DNA of 64,000 bases, taken from Phoronis australis (lineage: Eukaryota > Animalia > Phoronida). Every line of letters starts with the position of its first letter. Positions within the stretch are counted from its first letter, which is position 1. The position numbers were made by a program, and so were the translations under genes. Shown piece by piece: positions 27,056-38,220 of this stretch. A model generated the notes under the pieces. That model saw nothing but the letters and a program-made list of their open reading frames with translations, was not told the DNA's origin and searched no databases. The stretch spans positions 119,860-183,859 of the forward strand of contig NMRA01000561.1 of the NCBI GenBank assembly GCA_002633005.1. The letters are read 5' to 3'.

Positions 27056-29648
27056 GTATGGAGTTTGTGTTGATATGAAGAGTGAAGAACAGTGTCAAGT
27101 CTTACTCTCAACTGACCCCCTCTGAGTTTGGATGATTGATATTATTGATCTTGTGCACGGGATGATTCTGATTGTAATCAGGACGAATCATTTCTTTAAA
27201 AAAATTTAGTCATTTCTTAACAATATTTAGATTACTGGAAGCATCTACTTTTATTGATATGTTATGGTTTCAAAATGTCACTTTTTGATCAAATTTTGTC
27301 AGATCAGTTTTACGAAAAAATTGTTAAACACATGGCAGTGTTGTCTGTTTTCCATTTTAATGGACACTCTCTCAAATTTGTGGGCTAGGCTCGTGCTAGA
27401 CTTTTAAAAGTATTAGCCAAAATGGCTAAAGCTTCTGAAAACTTTTAGCCAAGTACTTTCTGGTTTCCCAATCCCCGCAATTGACAGTTCCATGGACCAA
27501 ACTTTATTTTTCACGTTATGCAAAGGTCGTTTTCATAATATACTATAAGATAAGACATTTGCCTTAAGAACAAATAACATTCTAAGGTCGTATAGCAACC
27601 TAATAAGTTGGACGGGATGTCACCCAACATGGGTTTTATGACCTAAAAGCGTTTGGGCAGAGGTTCCCCCTATATCTGAGTTACTGAGTGGGTATGCCGG
27701 CCACATGGGCATTTAAAAATGATGTTCTTAAAAAATGGACAAGGTTTCCCCCTATCTCCGGGTTATGGCTGCAGTACGTCGGCCACATGGGCATTTCATT
27801 GATGTTGACCTAAAAATTGGACTGGGACTCCCCCTTATACCCAAGTTACAGTGGGGGTACGCCAGCCATGTGGTTATTTTGATGAGCAAGACATTTGCAT
27901 CCAAAAATGTTAAACATAACGCGTGGCTAGGGAAATGAAGCTATATCATGCAGAGTTGGTAAAATAAAACCCATTAAGTTGCAATCTGACACTTACTTCT
28001 CTTTACTTTCTTTCGGCCGCTGCCAAAATTCAAACACGTCCTAGTCTCAATAATTTTTACATTTGCAACATTTAACGAGCTGAGCACAGGTATGGCGTGT
28101 GACATTTTGATTTAAAAATAGCTACTGGTAATGCACTCATTCTTCCTGGCGTTGTCGGTGCTTTTTTGTCCTTGAAAAGAAAACCTGTCAATGCCAAGTC
28201 TCAAACAATATTTGACATTATTTTATGACAAATGATGCGCTGAAAATTGGTAAAGTTAGTTATAAATTAGGAGATTCACGTAAATTGAAATTAATGAATT
28301 TAAACCTTAAGTTCAAATTGCATGTTTGAGACAGGTCAACTCTGTCCAATTTAATCCCCGGGGTAATTCACGTTTGTCGCCGAAATAGACTTGTAGTCGT
28401 CCTTTTGACATTGTCACTTGCAGACGACGATGGCAGCACCTACACGAGATCTCGCTATGAAGCAAGAAATCGCCATTACCAAGATGGCTGACCTAACAGT
28501 TGAACATTTTGTTGTGATAAATGAGTGATTTCAGGGGCAGTGACGGACAGAACATTCATTTGCTATTTTTAGGACTCGGAATCGGAGTAGGAATGTCGTT
28601 TGTGGCGCAACGTTATTCGAGCCGACTGTGATTCGACACGGAAGTAGGTTCCCGAAATTAATTTTTATTGTCAAGTTGCAAAAGCATTCGCCAAGTTAGC
28701 CAACAGACTTAGCTCTGCCATTGCCAGTGCCGCTCAGAATTTATCAGTGGGAGCTGGCTAGTGGGAGCCTAGATGGTATATTTTCCCATCTTCCAAAGAA
28801 CAGCAATTCACTAGTTTCTCTAAATATGTTCATCTGGATTTCTGAGAACTAATGGTTGGCGCTCCCAATGACACATGTTGGGAGAACGATGAAAAAGCCA
28901 AAAGATGGAAATTCGTGCTCTAGACAAAAAAAATAAAATTCTGGCTGTTCACAGTGAGCTTTTCTGACATTTGGCTTAAGTCAAAACTGGCAGAAGCCAC
29001 TAGATTGATTGAGAAACAGGCTTCAGGTCACCAAAAGGTCAGAGAAATGCAGAACGCAAGTCAATGGTTATATATGTGTAACACGACCTGATGAAAATGA
29101 GCTTTGATCAGTCTCAAAACCCATCCATCTTTTTATATATTTTTGTCATTTTTCTTAATGATCTTACCTCTTTTGTTGTTTGGAGGAGTTCAGGGAAGTT
29201 TGAGAGAGTGTCCAACAAAATTATAAACAGAAAACATTCTTGTGTTTTCAAATACTTTGTATACAAGAGTGCTGCTGCCAGTCTGATTTCAAATTTAGGA
29301 AGAACAATCAGTTTCTGACTTAAAAATTGTAAAATTAGCATCAAAACCTGTCCCCAACCCAAGAAATCTGAGCTGTTCAAAGAGTGAAAATTTTTAACTA
29401 GTCTAGCCACTTTTGGCATGATGTTTCAAAACAAATGGACTCTAAGCCATTATGACTTTGAATAATGGATTTCATGAAAGTTCCGACTGTTTAGAAAGAG
29501 TTTTTATATATCGTCATATACTGTGATACGATAAAACAAACAAGATTCTATATGTTCCTAGATGTGTCTTGGCTAAGGTGACTTGGGACATGAGATAAAC
29601 AACGTTATTGATATAGAAATGAGAGTTTGCTTATCATCATCATTATAG

Positions 29649-29851
29649 GCCTGCACCAACTTACGAGACTGCCACAACACGCCGGTTCTATCACGCCAGG
29701 ACTGAGACAGTGCGGTCATGCACCCCCGAAGCTGTAGAGTGGTGTACATCCATGTTAACGATGACTGTGTCCTCTCAAAGAAGACATGAACTGTTTAAGA
29801 GAGCCTACAAGAAGCATTTGAAACTGATGTCCGACTCTTCTAACGCACAAG
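29649..29851 (+). CDS. CROT: CROT coding exon 11
   Basis: PAPTYETATTRRFYHARTETVRSCTPEAVEWC...; AG/GT. Confidence 0.94.
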
Positions 29852-29962
29852 GTAATAAAGTGGGCCAGTGTTTAAGAAATGTTTTCTCAAAGCACTTGGT
29901 CAGTGTCAAATTTGAAAACATTTTGTTGGATCACTTAACTTTCACTAGTTTCTTGTTTCTAG

Positions 29963-30056
29963 GTTGTGACCGCCACCTTTTTGGATTATATTTGATTGCC
30001 AAGAAGGAGGGTTTTCCCATGCCTGACATTTTTACGGACACTTCCTTCACTAAAAG
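29963..30056 (+). CDS. CROT: CROT coding exon 12
   Basis: GCDRHLFGLYLIAKKEGFPMPDIFTDTSFTK; AG/GT. Confidence 0.94.
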
Positions 30057-30881
30057 GTAGGTGTTCTCCCTCTCAGCAGGGGACCTTCCCTGAAGATGCG
30101 ACACCTTTGTATCACCAGGCTGAACACAATACCACAATTTTCCGGAAGCATGTTCATGTTCTTCTAATTCCACTGAAGTTGCATGACACTAAATTTAGCA
30201 AGCTTGAATTATCTGTAATGACAAGATTTATCAAGTTAACCTTATTGAAGCTTGGTCAGTATCTGCAGCTGTTTGGTGTACCATATTCAAGGAGCCATGA
30301 CTCTAACTTTGCAAAACTTTGCTTGCGACATGGCAGATGTTCTTATTTGAACACACTTGAGTGTGCTCCAAAACAGACCATAGGATTTGTTTATTGTGAA
30401 TATCACAATATAACTATTTGGTGATGGAATTCACTAAAGATAGAATTAGATTTCTGCCAAGCAACCTTATTTGAGCTTGATCAACTACGGTAATAAGGGA
30501 CAGAGTTTTTCAATTTTGTAATTCAAAGTTGTTAACTGTGTCTGTCTCGACAAGCTTTTTCAAAATATTTTGACAAGCCTGCTTTATCTGTCATCAAAAG
30601 TTTATTTCAAAGTGACTGAGCAATGATTAGTAATGGAGAAAGTATCAGATAAGGTGACTGAGTAATGGTTAGTATTGAAGAAAATATGAGATAAGGTGCC
30701 AAACAAATAGTACAATAAAGTGGACATCTGGGTAGTTGTTGTTTCTAAAGTGTACCTTAAGAAGGCCATCATGGCTTCCTATCACCTGTTTCGTACAATA
30801 CAGGGAATATCTGAGTGGTTATTGTTATTGTGCACCTCAAGAAGGCCATCACCTGTTCACACAAATGTAACCGTATTCTAG

Positions 30882-31001
30882 TGGAGGAGGAGGGAATTTT
30901 GTCCTGTCCACCAGCTTTGTGGGATACACGACAGTCTTAGGTGGTACAGGACCCATGTGCAAGGATGGTTATGGATGTTTCTATCAAATACGACCCGAGG
31001 C
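30882..31001 (+). CDS. CROT: CROT coding exon 13
   Basis: SGGGGNFVLSTSFVGYTTVLGGTGPMCKDGYGCFYQIRPE; GGGGNFVLSTS is CROT-typical and contains the STS carnitine-binding motif. Confidence 0.94.
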
Positions 31002-31462
31002 GTAAGTAGCTTTTGTCATTCCACTGTCCTAAACATCTCTAGTTTAGTCGAGGCAAAACCGTAAGCTTCAAACTTGAGTACCGTAATTCAAATTGGCAGC
31101 TGTTAAATTTTCCGGAAGTTTATGAATTGCATTCATTTCATGATGTCACACGTAATTAGGAACAAGGTAAACTGGCGTCAGTATCGAGAAATGACAATTA
31201 CAATAACAATAACAATAGCCATAAGTATAATATGAATAATAATTGAAGGAGTAGAAGAATCATACTTTGTAATTATGATATATTAAAAATCTGTTAAAGG
31301 TCCATCTTGAAAATTACAAACATTTTTGGAACTTCAAGTCTGTATGTTTTTGTTATCTTTAATTTAAATTTGGAGTTTGTTTGGACATGCTCCTCAAATG
31401 TTGCCAGTTGATTAAGTGAATGTCTGTTTTGTTAATCACCATACTCTTATCCATATTTCCAG

Positions 31463-31592
31463 TATTTTGTTTTTCTTGTCAACATGGACTGGGGACCAAA
31501 GTACAAGCTCACATCAACTGTTTTACAATATATGCAAGAGTCTTGAAGATATTTACAGCCTTGTCAAACAGAATGTGCCATCGAAAATTTGA
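31463..31592 (+). CDS. CROT: CROT coding exon 14 (terminal; PTS1-like SKI)
   Basis: ILFFLSTWTGDQSTSSHQLFYNICKSLEDIYSLVKQNVPSKI*; TGA at 31590-31592. Confidence 0.9.
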
Positions 31593-31851
31593 AGAAAGCG
31601 TGCTCTTGGTGAACAAGCTCCTTTGGATGGTGTAATACAGCAAAATATGAAATTTAATTTAACTTCATAACTTGTGTCTGAAATAATATCAATGCAGTCA
31701 AAACCAGCACAATTTTTTATACTAACGTGGCAATAATGTAAGATCAATGTCTAGATGAAATTTTATTTCTTGTACGAGAATTTTGTATAAATTATGTTAT
31801 GTTTACTTTAAAATTATTATGTAATCTGTTAACTGTGTGTTTTGTAGTTAT

Positions 31852-31857
31852 AATAAA
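31852..31857 (+). promoter_or_regulatory. Candidate polyadenylation signal for CROT
   Basis: AATAAA about 260 nt after the stop codon. Confidence 0.5.
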
Positions 31858-32138
31858 CTTGTGAGTTTCCATTCCAATCCTTGTCTACTAGTCACCTAAT
31901 CATGCCCCAATGTAAAGTTTTAGAGCATACCTGCATGTACTGTATTACATAAGTGCAAAAAACCCTATGAAGTTCCTTTATCTAGAACCTTTGATCTAGC
32001 TGTCACAGCTCAGTTGCAGGAACAAAAATCTAAGTGAGAAGGGAACATTGAAGGGATTAACCAAAAGTTGTTTGGAGGAGGACCCTTAAACTTAGGGCGG
32101 TGGGAACAGAAATGTTGATAGGGAAACGGTAATAACGC

Positions 32139-32144
32139 TTTATT
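32139..32144 (-). promoter_or_regulatory. Candidate polyadenylation signal for the GPR157-like gene
   Basis: tttatt (AATAAA on the minus strand) about 620 nt past the stop codon. Confidence 0.35.
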
Positions 32145-32767
32145 CTTTATCCCTATATTGTTCAGTATTCAGAACTGCAGACTGTTTGTGGTCACTAATT
32201 GGTAAACTTTGAAATCACTTAAAACACTGGTGAGAGTTAATCTGAGCTTTGACAAAACTAAAAACACTGGTAAAGCGGTAATTTAAACTCTGACCTAAAA
32301 ATGTCGGCTAATATAAGCGTTAGCAAGGACAAAACACAAAAACATCTAAACTGGACCTAGGGGGCTAGGAACCAATGTGAGATTGGTTCCTAGACTGGGT
32401 TGTACAAACATCTAAGTTTTGTCCTAAATAAAAGCTAGTATAATCTAAACTTTGGCAACACCAGCTTAGGTGGGGTTAAATTTGGCTTCTACAATTATTG
32501 TTCTGAATGGAGATCAGAACAAGTTCATGGCCCATTGTGTCGGTAGTGACCCATCGCAACCATTGATCTAGGGGGGCGGACGCCAGTCTTCGTACTCTGA
32601 TTTGATGAAATAATTCAAGAAACCCGTATTTATCCAATCCATTGGACTTCTACATGGTTATGATCCTACATCCGGGGTTGCCACGTTTCCACATTGCAGG
32701 AGCATAATGGGCCAACCGTGCAGTCTCACCTATCATATAGAATCAACGTTCGTGCAACATGTTGCGA

Positions 32768-33070
32768 CTACATGGAGACCACTCGTGCGCTGCAGGTGGA
32801 GCTAGTTATCCTCATACTTCTCGCAGCATTCGGATGTGATTGGCAAGTGAGAAGGCTGGACTTCTCTGTGGGCGACGTTGGCTCACTTCCACTACCGTGC
32901 TTGTGATTGATAGATAGAGTTTTTGCTTTGTGGGTTCGTCTCTCCCGACTCCCACTGCGCAGACGACTGAACATTCGTTCAAATCCTCCAGCTATTCTGT
33001 TGCGCACGATATCCGTCATCATGCAAAATATTATGCAGTTTGCTGCACCCTGGAAACAGTCGCCGAACCC
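32768..33070 (-). CDS. GPR157-like GPCR, terminal exon (TM7 and C-tail)
   Basis: After a cag acceptor: GFGDCFQGAANCIIFCMMTDIVRNRI..., resembling the GPR157 G.G..FQG.ANCI.F motif; TAG at 32768-32770. Confidence 0.8.
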   Translation of the reverse strand, partial: GFGDCFQGAANCIIFCMMTDIVRNRIAGGFERMFSRLRSGSRERRTHKAKTLSINHKHGSGSEPTSPTEKSSLLTCQSHPNAARSMRITSSTCSARVVSM

Positions 33071-33392
33071 CTGCAAATGCCCAGGTACAGTAATACATTT
33101 AGAAACCAATTTTAAAAGTACAAAAGCATCGTTCATGTATGACCCTAGAAAAATGTCCTATTTTCACCAAATTCGAAACACGGTATCTCAGAAATGTGTC
33201 ACTCGGAGTTGACGCTTTTGAGACAGTGTTCTCCGCAACACTGTTGGGAATTGTTTTTTGAAATGTTTCACTTTTGTATTAGGGACTATCAAAATGTAAG
33301 ACTGCATGGATTTGCATCAAACGAAAAGGAAACGATAATTAAGAAACTGTAACAGCGGGGTTTTTGAGATTTTATCTCGAACATGTATAAAA

Positions 33393-33600
33393 TGTGAGAC
33401 TTGGTCATGTTATTGACCATATGAGACAAGGTCATGTTGATCATATGAGACATGGTCATGTTATTGATCATATGAGACTGTCTGATCATATAAGACATGT
33501 TCATGTTTTTAATCATATGAGACATGTTCATGGTCATGTTATTGATCATATGAGACATGGTCATGTTATTGATCATATCAGACACGGTCATGTTATTAAT
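33393..33600. repeat. Degenerate ~27-bp minisatellite
   Basis: atgagacatggtcatgttattgatcat units. Confidence 0.85.
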
Positions 33601-33885
33601 CCTGTTGTTTTGTTATAACTGTGCTTTTCTATTTTGCTAAGTTTTCCTTAATAAGCAGTCACGTGACCTAATTAATTAGGGGCTTATGAAGTCGAAATGA
33701 AATTCATCTGAATTTCTAGTCATAAAATAAAAACTTTTGCTGGGTTTAGTTCTGTAGTTTTGTAGATATTCTGCTAAATGTACAAATTTTTACATATCGT
33801 ATGATTTTGAAATTTATCACTTTAGTTCTACAAGCTCAGATTAGGGCTATAATTATCAAGAACAATGAGAGACGAGTTCACTTAC

Positions 33886-34083
33886 ATGCATGACTTCAAG
33901 AAATGTCTCCGCCAACCCTAAATCAGATGGCTTGCCTTTATACGCCACGAACACTAAGAATCTTATTGTGCCCCACATCCTGAGCAGGAGATACACCATA
34001 GGGATGACTAACAACTTCCGGTTAACTTTGTTCATGGCAGCTCGCGTTTCTTCTTGGAATTTCATATTATTGTCTTCGGTTGT
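33886..34083 (-). CDS. GPR157-like GPCR, penultimate exon (ICL3-TM6-ECL3)
   Basis: TTEDNNMKFQEETRAAMNKVNRKLLVIPMVYLLLRMWGTIRFLVF...LEVMH (KL..IP....LR.W.T.RF motif); ag/gtaagt, 198 nt, phase 0 at both ends. Confidence 0.82.
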
Positions 34084-34159
34084 CTAAAATTAGAAGAAAA
34101 GACTAAATATAAAATGTTATATTAGTAAATCGTAATTAGACAAAAATTCTAGTACTCAC

Positions 34160-34187
34160 ATTCGACCTTATTTTTGTAATTATAAGG
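34160..34187 (-). pseudogene. Possible remnant 3' end of the TM5 exon of the GPR157-like gene
   Basis: LIITKIRSN followed by a gtgagt donor, giving a 76-nt GT-AG intron in phase with the next exon; the upstream side abuts a MITE. Confidence 0.45.
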
Positions 34188-34474
34188 AAACAGCCACGGA
34201 CAGTCGTCTGAGTGGATGTAAATCTTATAAGCAAAGCTTTGGAGCCAGCAGTTCTTGTCAATGCTGGGCCGAGATTAACAGCGCTGAATGGATATACAAC
34301 TGATCACTCATATGACAGTAGTGTTACACAATGTCCTCCATATAAACCAGGATGGAGTATGTACAAGTTGCCAATGTACCCATTCTGCGCTGTATTCTCG
34401 GGTCCAGCATTCAAAGAGGAATGTTTGCTAATGGGGCCGACTCAGGCGTCTGTTCCTGGCTGTTTTTACAACTA
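34188..34474. mobile_element. MITE with imperfect TIRs (possibly Academ-like)
   Basis: aaacagccacggacagtcgtctgagt versus reverse-complemented right end tagttgtaaaaacagccaggaacagacgcctgagt; AGG on both flanks. Confidence 0.55.
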
Positions 34475-35479
34475 AGGCACATTTCTGATCAAGGTATCTA
34501 TCTCTTTTCTCATATAATCAGTTTGCGTTCAGTGTTTTTGATGGAGTACAACAGATTTTTAAAATCTTAAAAGTTGATGAGCACATGTGCTTCATAGAGT
34601 GAAAAAACATGGCAAACTCGAGATTTCCTGTAAAAATTTAAACTCTTATTAAATGACTTAAATAAGTGTTAGGGTCACCAATTGCAAACTGGGAGATCCT
34701 ATTGTGCTTGAGCACGGAGCTATTCATGAGTCAATTCTTTTCTTAGAACCGGCAGAAAATGGCAAAACTTGGTTCGATTTCTATAATTGGAGATAAGATT
34801 TCAGACAAACCGTTGGAGAGTCCGTTCACCTTTGTATCTGAATTTCTTGTATCATTTTTCCCTCCTCATTCCGTGATCTGTGCCCTGCAGTAACATGCGC
34901 GCACCCAGGAGGGGCTCGAACAAACCCTCCCAATTGGCGTAGTTTGCAAAAAGGTCCGCTTCAGAGAAACAAACTCTCCGAAAAAAGTAGAAAACGAGAC
35001 AAAAGTCCACTAAAAAGGTAGGAACTACCCATATTCGGCGAATGCATAATTCATAACTCTAAAAGTTCCCCGTGAATCTTGGTAAAACGTCCACATTCTC
35101 AACAAGAGCAACGCAGAGCGTTGAAATGCGCCCACAATTGCACCGTATACGGTATCCTAGGGTTGTTTATTGGTACCATAAAGTGGCCAGTAGAGGGCAT
35201 ATAAAAAATATATGTAGTATGTTGTACTTTGCAAAATGGAAAGGGATGGTCATTGTCTCCTCAATAGGCTAGGGGCAAAATGTGAGTGATCTTCATAATA
35301 CAAGCACATCCTATACATCAGTTGCTTAAAGCACCACAGAAACATAGAATTAAAAACAAATTTACCAACATACGAGATTAGCACAGCATTAGAATGCCAG
35401 AAACAAATTTCTACTTGGAACTTTTCCTTCATAGTCACGAAGTAACACAAAGTATACACCTGAAGACCTATGAAAATAC

Positions 35480-36613
35480 AGAGGTCAATGTAAAATACTA
35501 AAATTGCCACTAGAGGCATACCGGTAGTCAGAATCATCCTAAAGTCGTCATCGTCCGTTGTCAACATCACATAAATACACTTGCTAAATTTAGTAAAGAT
35601 CCTGCAAACGGTTTGGGAGATACAGCCATGGGCGCAAAAAAAAACTGCCACTAGGAGGCGCCACAGTAATCAAAGTCATGGGAAATTCAGCGTCAACCGT
35701 CCTCTTCATAGTAAGAACATACATGCCAATTTTCACAATCATACTTAGAGCGGTTTGGTTGATAGAGGGGTGGACGCCAAAAAACAGACTCAAAAACAGT
35801 AAAAATGGCCACTGGGTGTCGCAAACTAGGTCGAATCCATCCGAAAACGGGAGGATAGCGTCATCGCACTAATAGGTGCCTACATACCAAATTTCATGAA
35901 AATCCGTTAAGGACTTGTGAAGATACAGAGGTAAACGTAAAAAAATAAAATTGCCACTAGGGGGCACACTGGTAGGCGGATCCGTCCAAAAGTCGTCATC
36001 GTCTGTTGTTAACATCATATAAATACACTTATTAAATTTCGTAAAGATCCTGCGAACGGTTTAGGAGATACAGCCATAGGCGCAAAAAAAAAAAAACTGC
36101 CACTAGGAGGTGCCACAGTAGTCGAAATCGTCGGAAAATCATCGTCAACCGTCCTCTACATAGTAAGCATATACATGCCAATTTTCACAATCATCCTTTG
36201 AGCAGTTTGGTTGATAGAGGGGTGGACGCACAAAAACAGACTCGAAAACACTAAAAATGGCCACTAGGTGGCGCAAACTATGTCGAATCCATCCGAAAAC
36301 AGGAGGATAGCGTCATCTCACTAATAGGTGCCTACATACCAAATTTCATGAAAATCCATTCAGGACTTTTGAAGATACAAAGGTAAGCATAAAAAACTAA
36401 AATTGCCACTAGGGGGCACACCGGTAGTCGGATCCGTCCGAAAGTTCGCACATGCCGTCCCTTTCATGAATGGAACATATGTGCCAAATTTCATGAACGT
36501 ATGTCAAAGGGTTTTGGAGATAGAGCAGCGGACGCCGGACGCCGCCCGGACGGACGGACGGCCGGAGATGACGGCATAATGCGTCCACATATAAATATGT
36601 GGGCGCATAAAAA
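35480..36613 (-). mobile_element. Non-autonomous Helentron/HINE-like element with ~452-bp internal tandem repeats
   Basis: The minus-strand end is a T-run, then the hairpin atgcgcccacatat-tt-atatgtggacgcat, then a (GTCC)n tract, then about 2.3 tandem units (anchors near 35500, 35951, 36403). Confidence 0.65.
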
Positions 36614-37261
36614 TTTGACACCCCATGCACTCCAGGCTGGCGGGGTGCGCGCATGGGTGACTAGTGTGTACACGTAAATGGTAGACCTACTTAAAATCGT
36701 ATTCGTGATTTGGATGAAAGTATAATCACATTTTTGTTGTTGCAAATAGTATCTGATAACTAAACCCATTCGTTATTGGACCCCAGAGATAGTGATGTCA
36801 AATTGTCCTCGTGCCAAGTGCTGAGATAGCGCTGGCTCGACGCTTGACGAATGTTGCACAGATTCGTATTCTACAAAGTCCGAAATCTCTAATGTATTAA
36901 GGAGGCAACAAACCGGCACCTTCTGTGCAAAAGATATTAAGACCTGACCTGTTTGTTCCTTACTCATGTTGGTAAAGATTTCTAGGCTTCAGAACTGACA
37001 GCTCGTCCCCAAAGTTTCTCACTAGTGAATTTTTCTTGTCACGGAACGTTGGCCGTCTAAGTTGTCTAACCTGACGTCACCTGTTTATTGCGCTATTGAT
37101 ATAAGACCTCGACTGATAAAAATACATGAAATGGGTTCTGCGGGTTTATCATTGCACGCGATTTTCCCCATAGGCGTCCGAAGTGTTAGTCACGCTTTTA
37201 AAATTAGTTTTCACACTCCTTTCTGATACCTTTAAGAGATACTGAGCATTATTGTACTTCA

Positions 37262-38176
37262 TGTAACATTTTTGATGAAAAATGTTAGAATTATGTAATG
37301 ATTAATCGATAATTAAATTTATGAACAAATGTGTTAATTAATATCAGTTAACTATTTTGAAGGTCACAAATATTTTAGGACAGGACTTGTTATTGTAAAC
37401 AACTTGTAGTGGTAAACTTGAGTATTGCGCAATTTCTTCAGAAAAGCTTTAGTTCTGTTAAGTTCTCAGTGCAGTTCTGACAAACAGGATATGGTCATCA
37501 AAATATGTTTTGGAGTGGTCAACTTTAGGTGGGCTGATTCTAAGAAAAACCCACACCGATGTACTTATGCCTTGACCAGTGTCCATGTGATGTTTAGTCA
37601 TATCTTAGAGTATAAATATTTCTGGAGCAAACATAAGCGTCATTCTCAAAGGAAAAAGTTAGGAGACGAGGAAGCTCAGTAACTTTGGAGAATCAAGTAT
37701 TTTAAGCAGATCACCGAGTCTGTAGAGTTTCAAGGAGTGTATTCAGTCACTGACAAGGATCATACTGATACACAAAACAAGAATTGGATGTTCATGCGTG
37801 GATAAGATCAAAGGGAGCAATTTCTGTAAGTCTCATTAGAGTTTATGAGCTATGAAATGTTCTAAGATATAATACGTTTTAAGATAAATGTTGGTTTAGT
37901 AAGATATGATTTAAAGTTCATATACCGATTCACTTAGATTTGAGTAATTTTGACTAGTTTCTTAGGGTGACTATTGTTAACAGTTTAATTTAGATTCGGT
38001 TTTATATAATATTGTCATGTATTTAGAGTATTTTGTGTATTTTCATAGATTTACAGTTCTCACACGGTTCTCACAAGGATTCAAAGTTTTCACTGAGGTT
38101 CCAAATGGAATTAGTAAATAAAATCATCTCGTCAAACTCGGACTTTGATTTTGTCTGTCCAACGCGGAACATTACA
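37262..38176 (+). repeat. 5' LTR of the BEL/Pao element (TG...CA, ~915 bp)
   Basis: Starts tgtaac and ends attaca. 37262-37825 is repeated at 40645-41208; the remainder is repeated, inverted, within 41209-41565. Confidence 0.85.
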
Positions 38177-38220
38177 GTAAATAGAAATTTTCCCGCAAGG
38201 ACGGGGCACAGTAAATAGAA

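Noticed and set aside
27386-28772. Possible hAT-like element (taggctc...gagccta ends)
   Set aside because: The inverted match is very short and there is no matching 8-bp TSD.
33289-33618. Met/Asn- and His-rich ORFs
   Set aside because: Translation of a 27-bp minisatellite in the GPCR intron.
36773-37070. Minus-strand ORF or exon as the missing GPCR 5' part or an alternative SLC1 last exon
   Set aside because: No transmembrane or family motifs, and SLC1 already terminates at 49703.
37425-37682. Duplicated 85-aa ORF (second copy at 40808-41065) as a gene pair
   Set aside because: Both lie in the LTRs, start at TTG and show no recognisable domain; the duplication simply reflects the LTRs.
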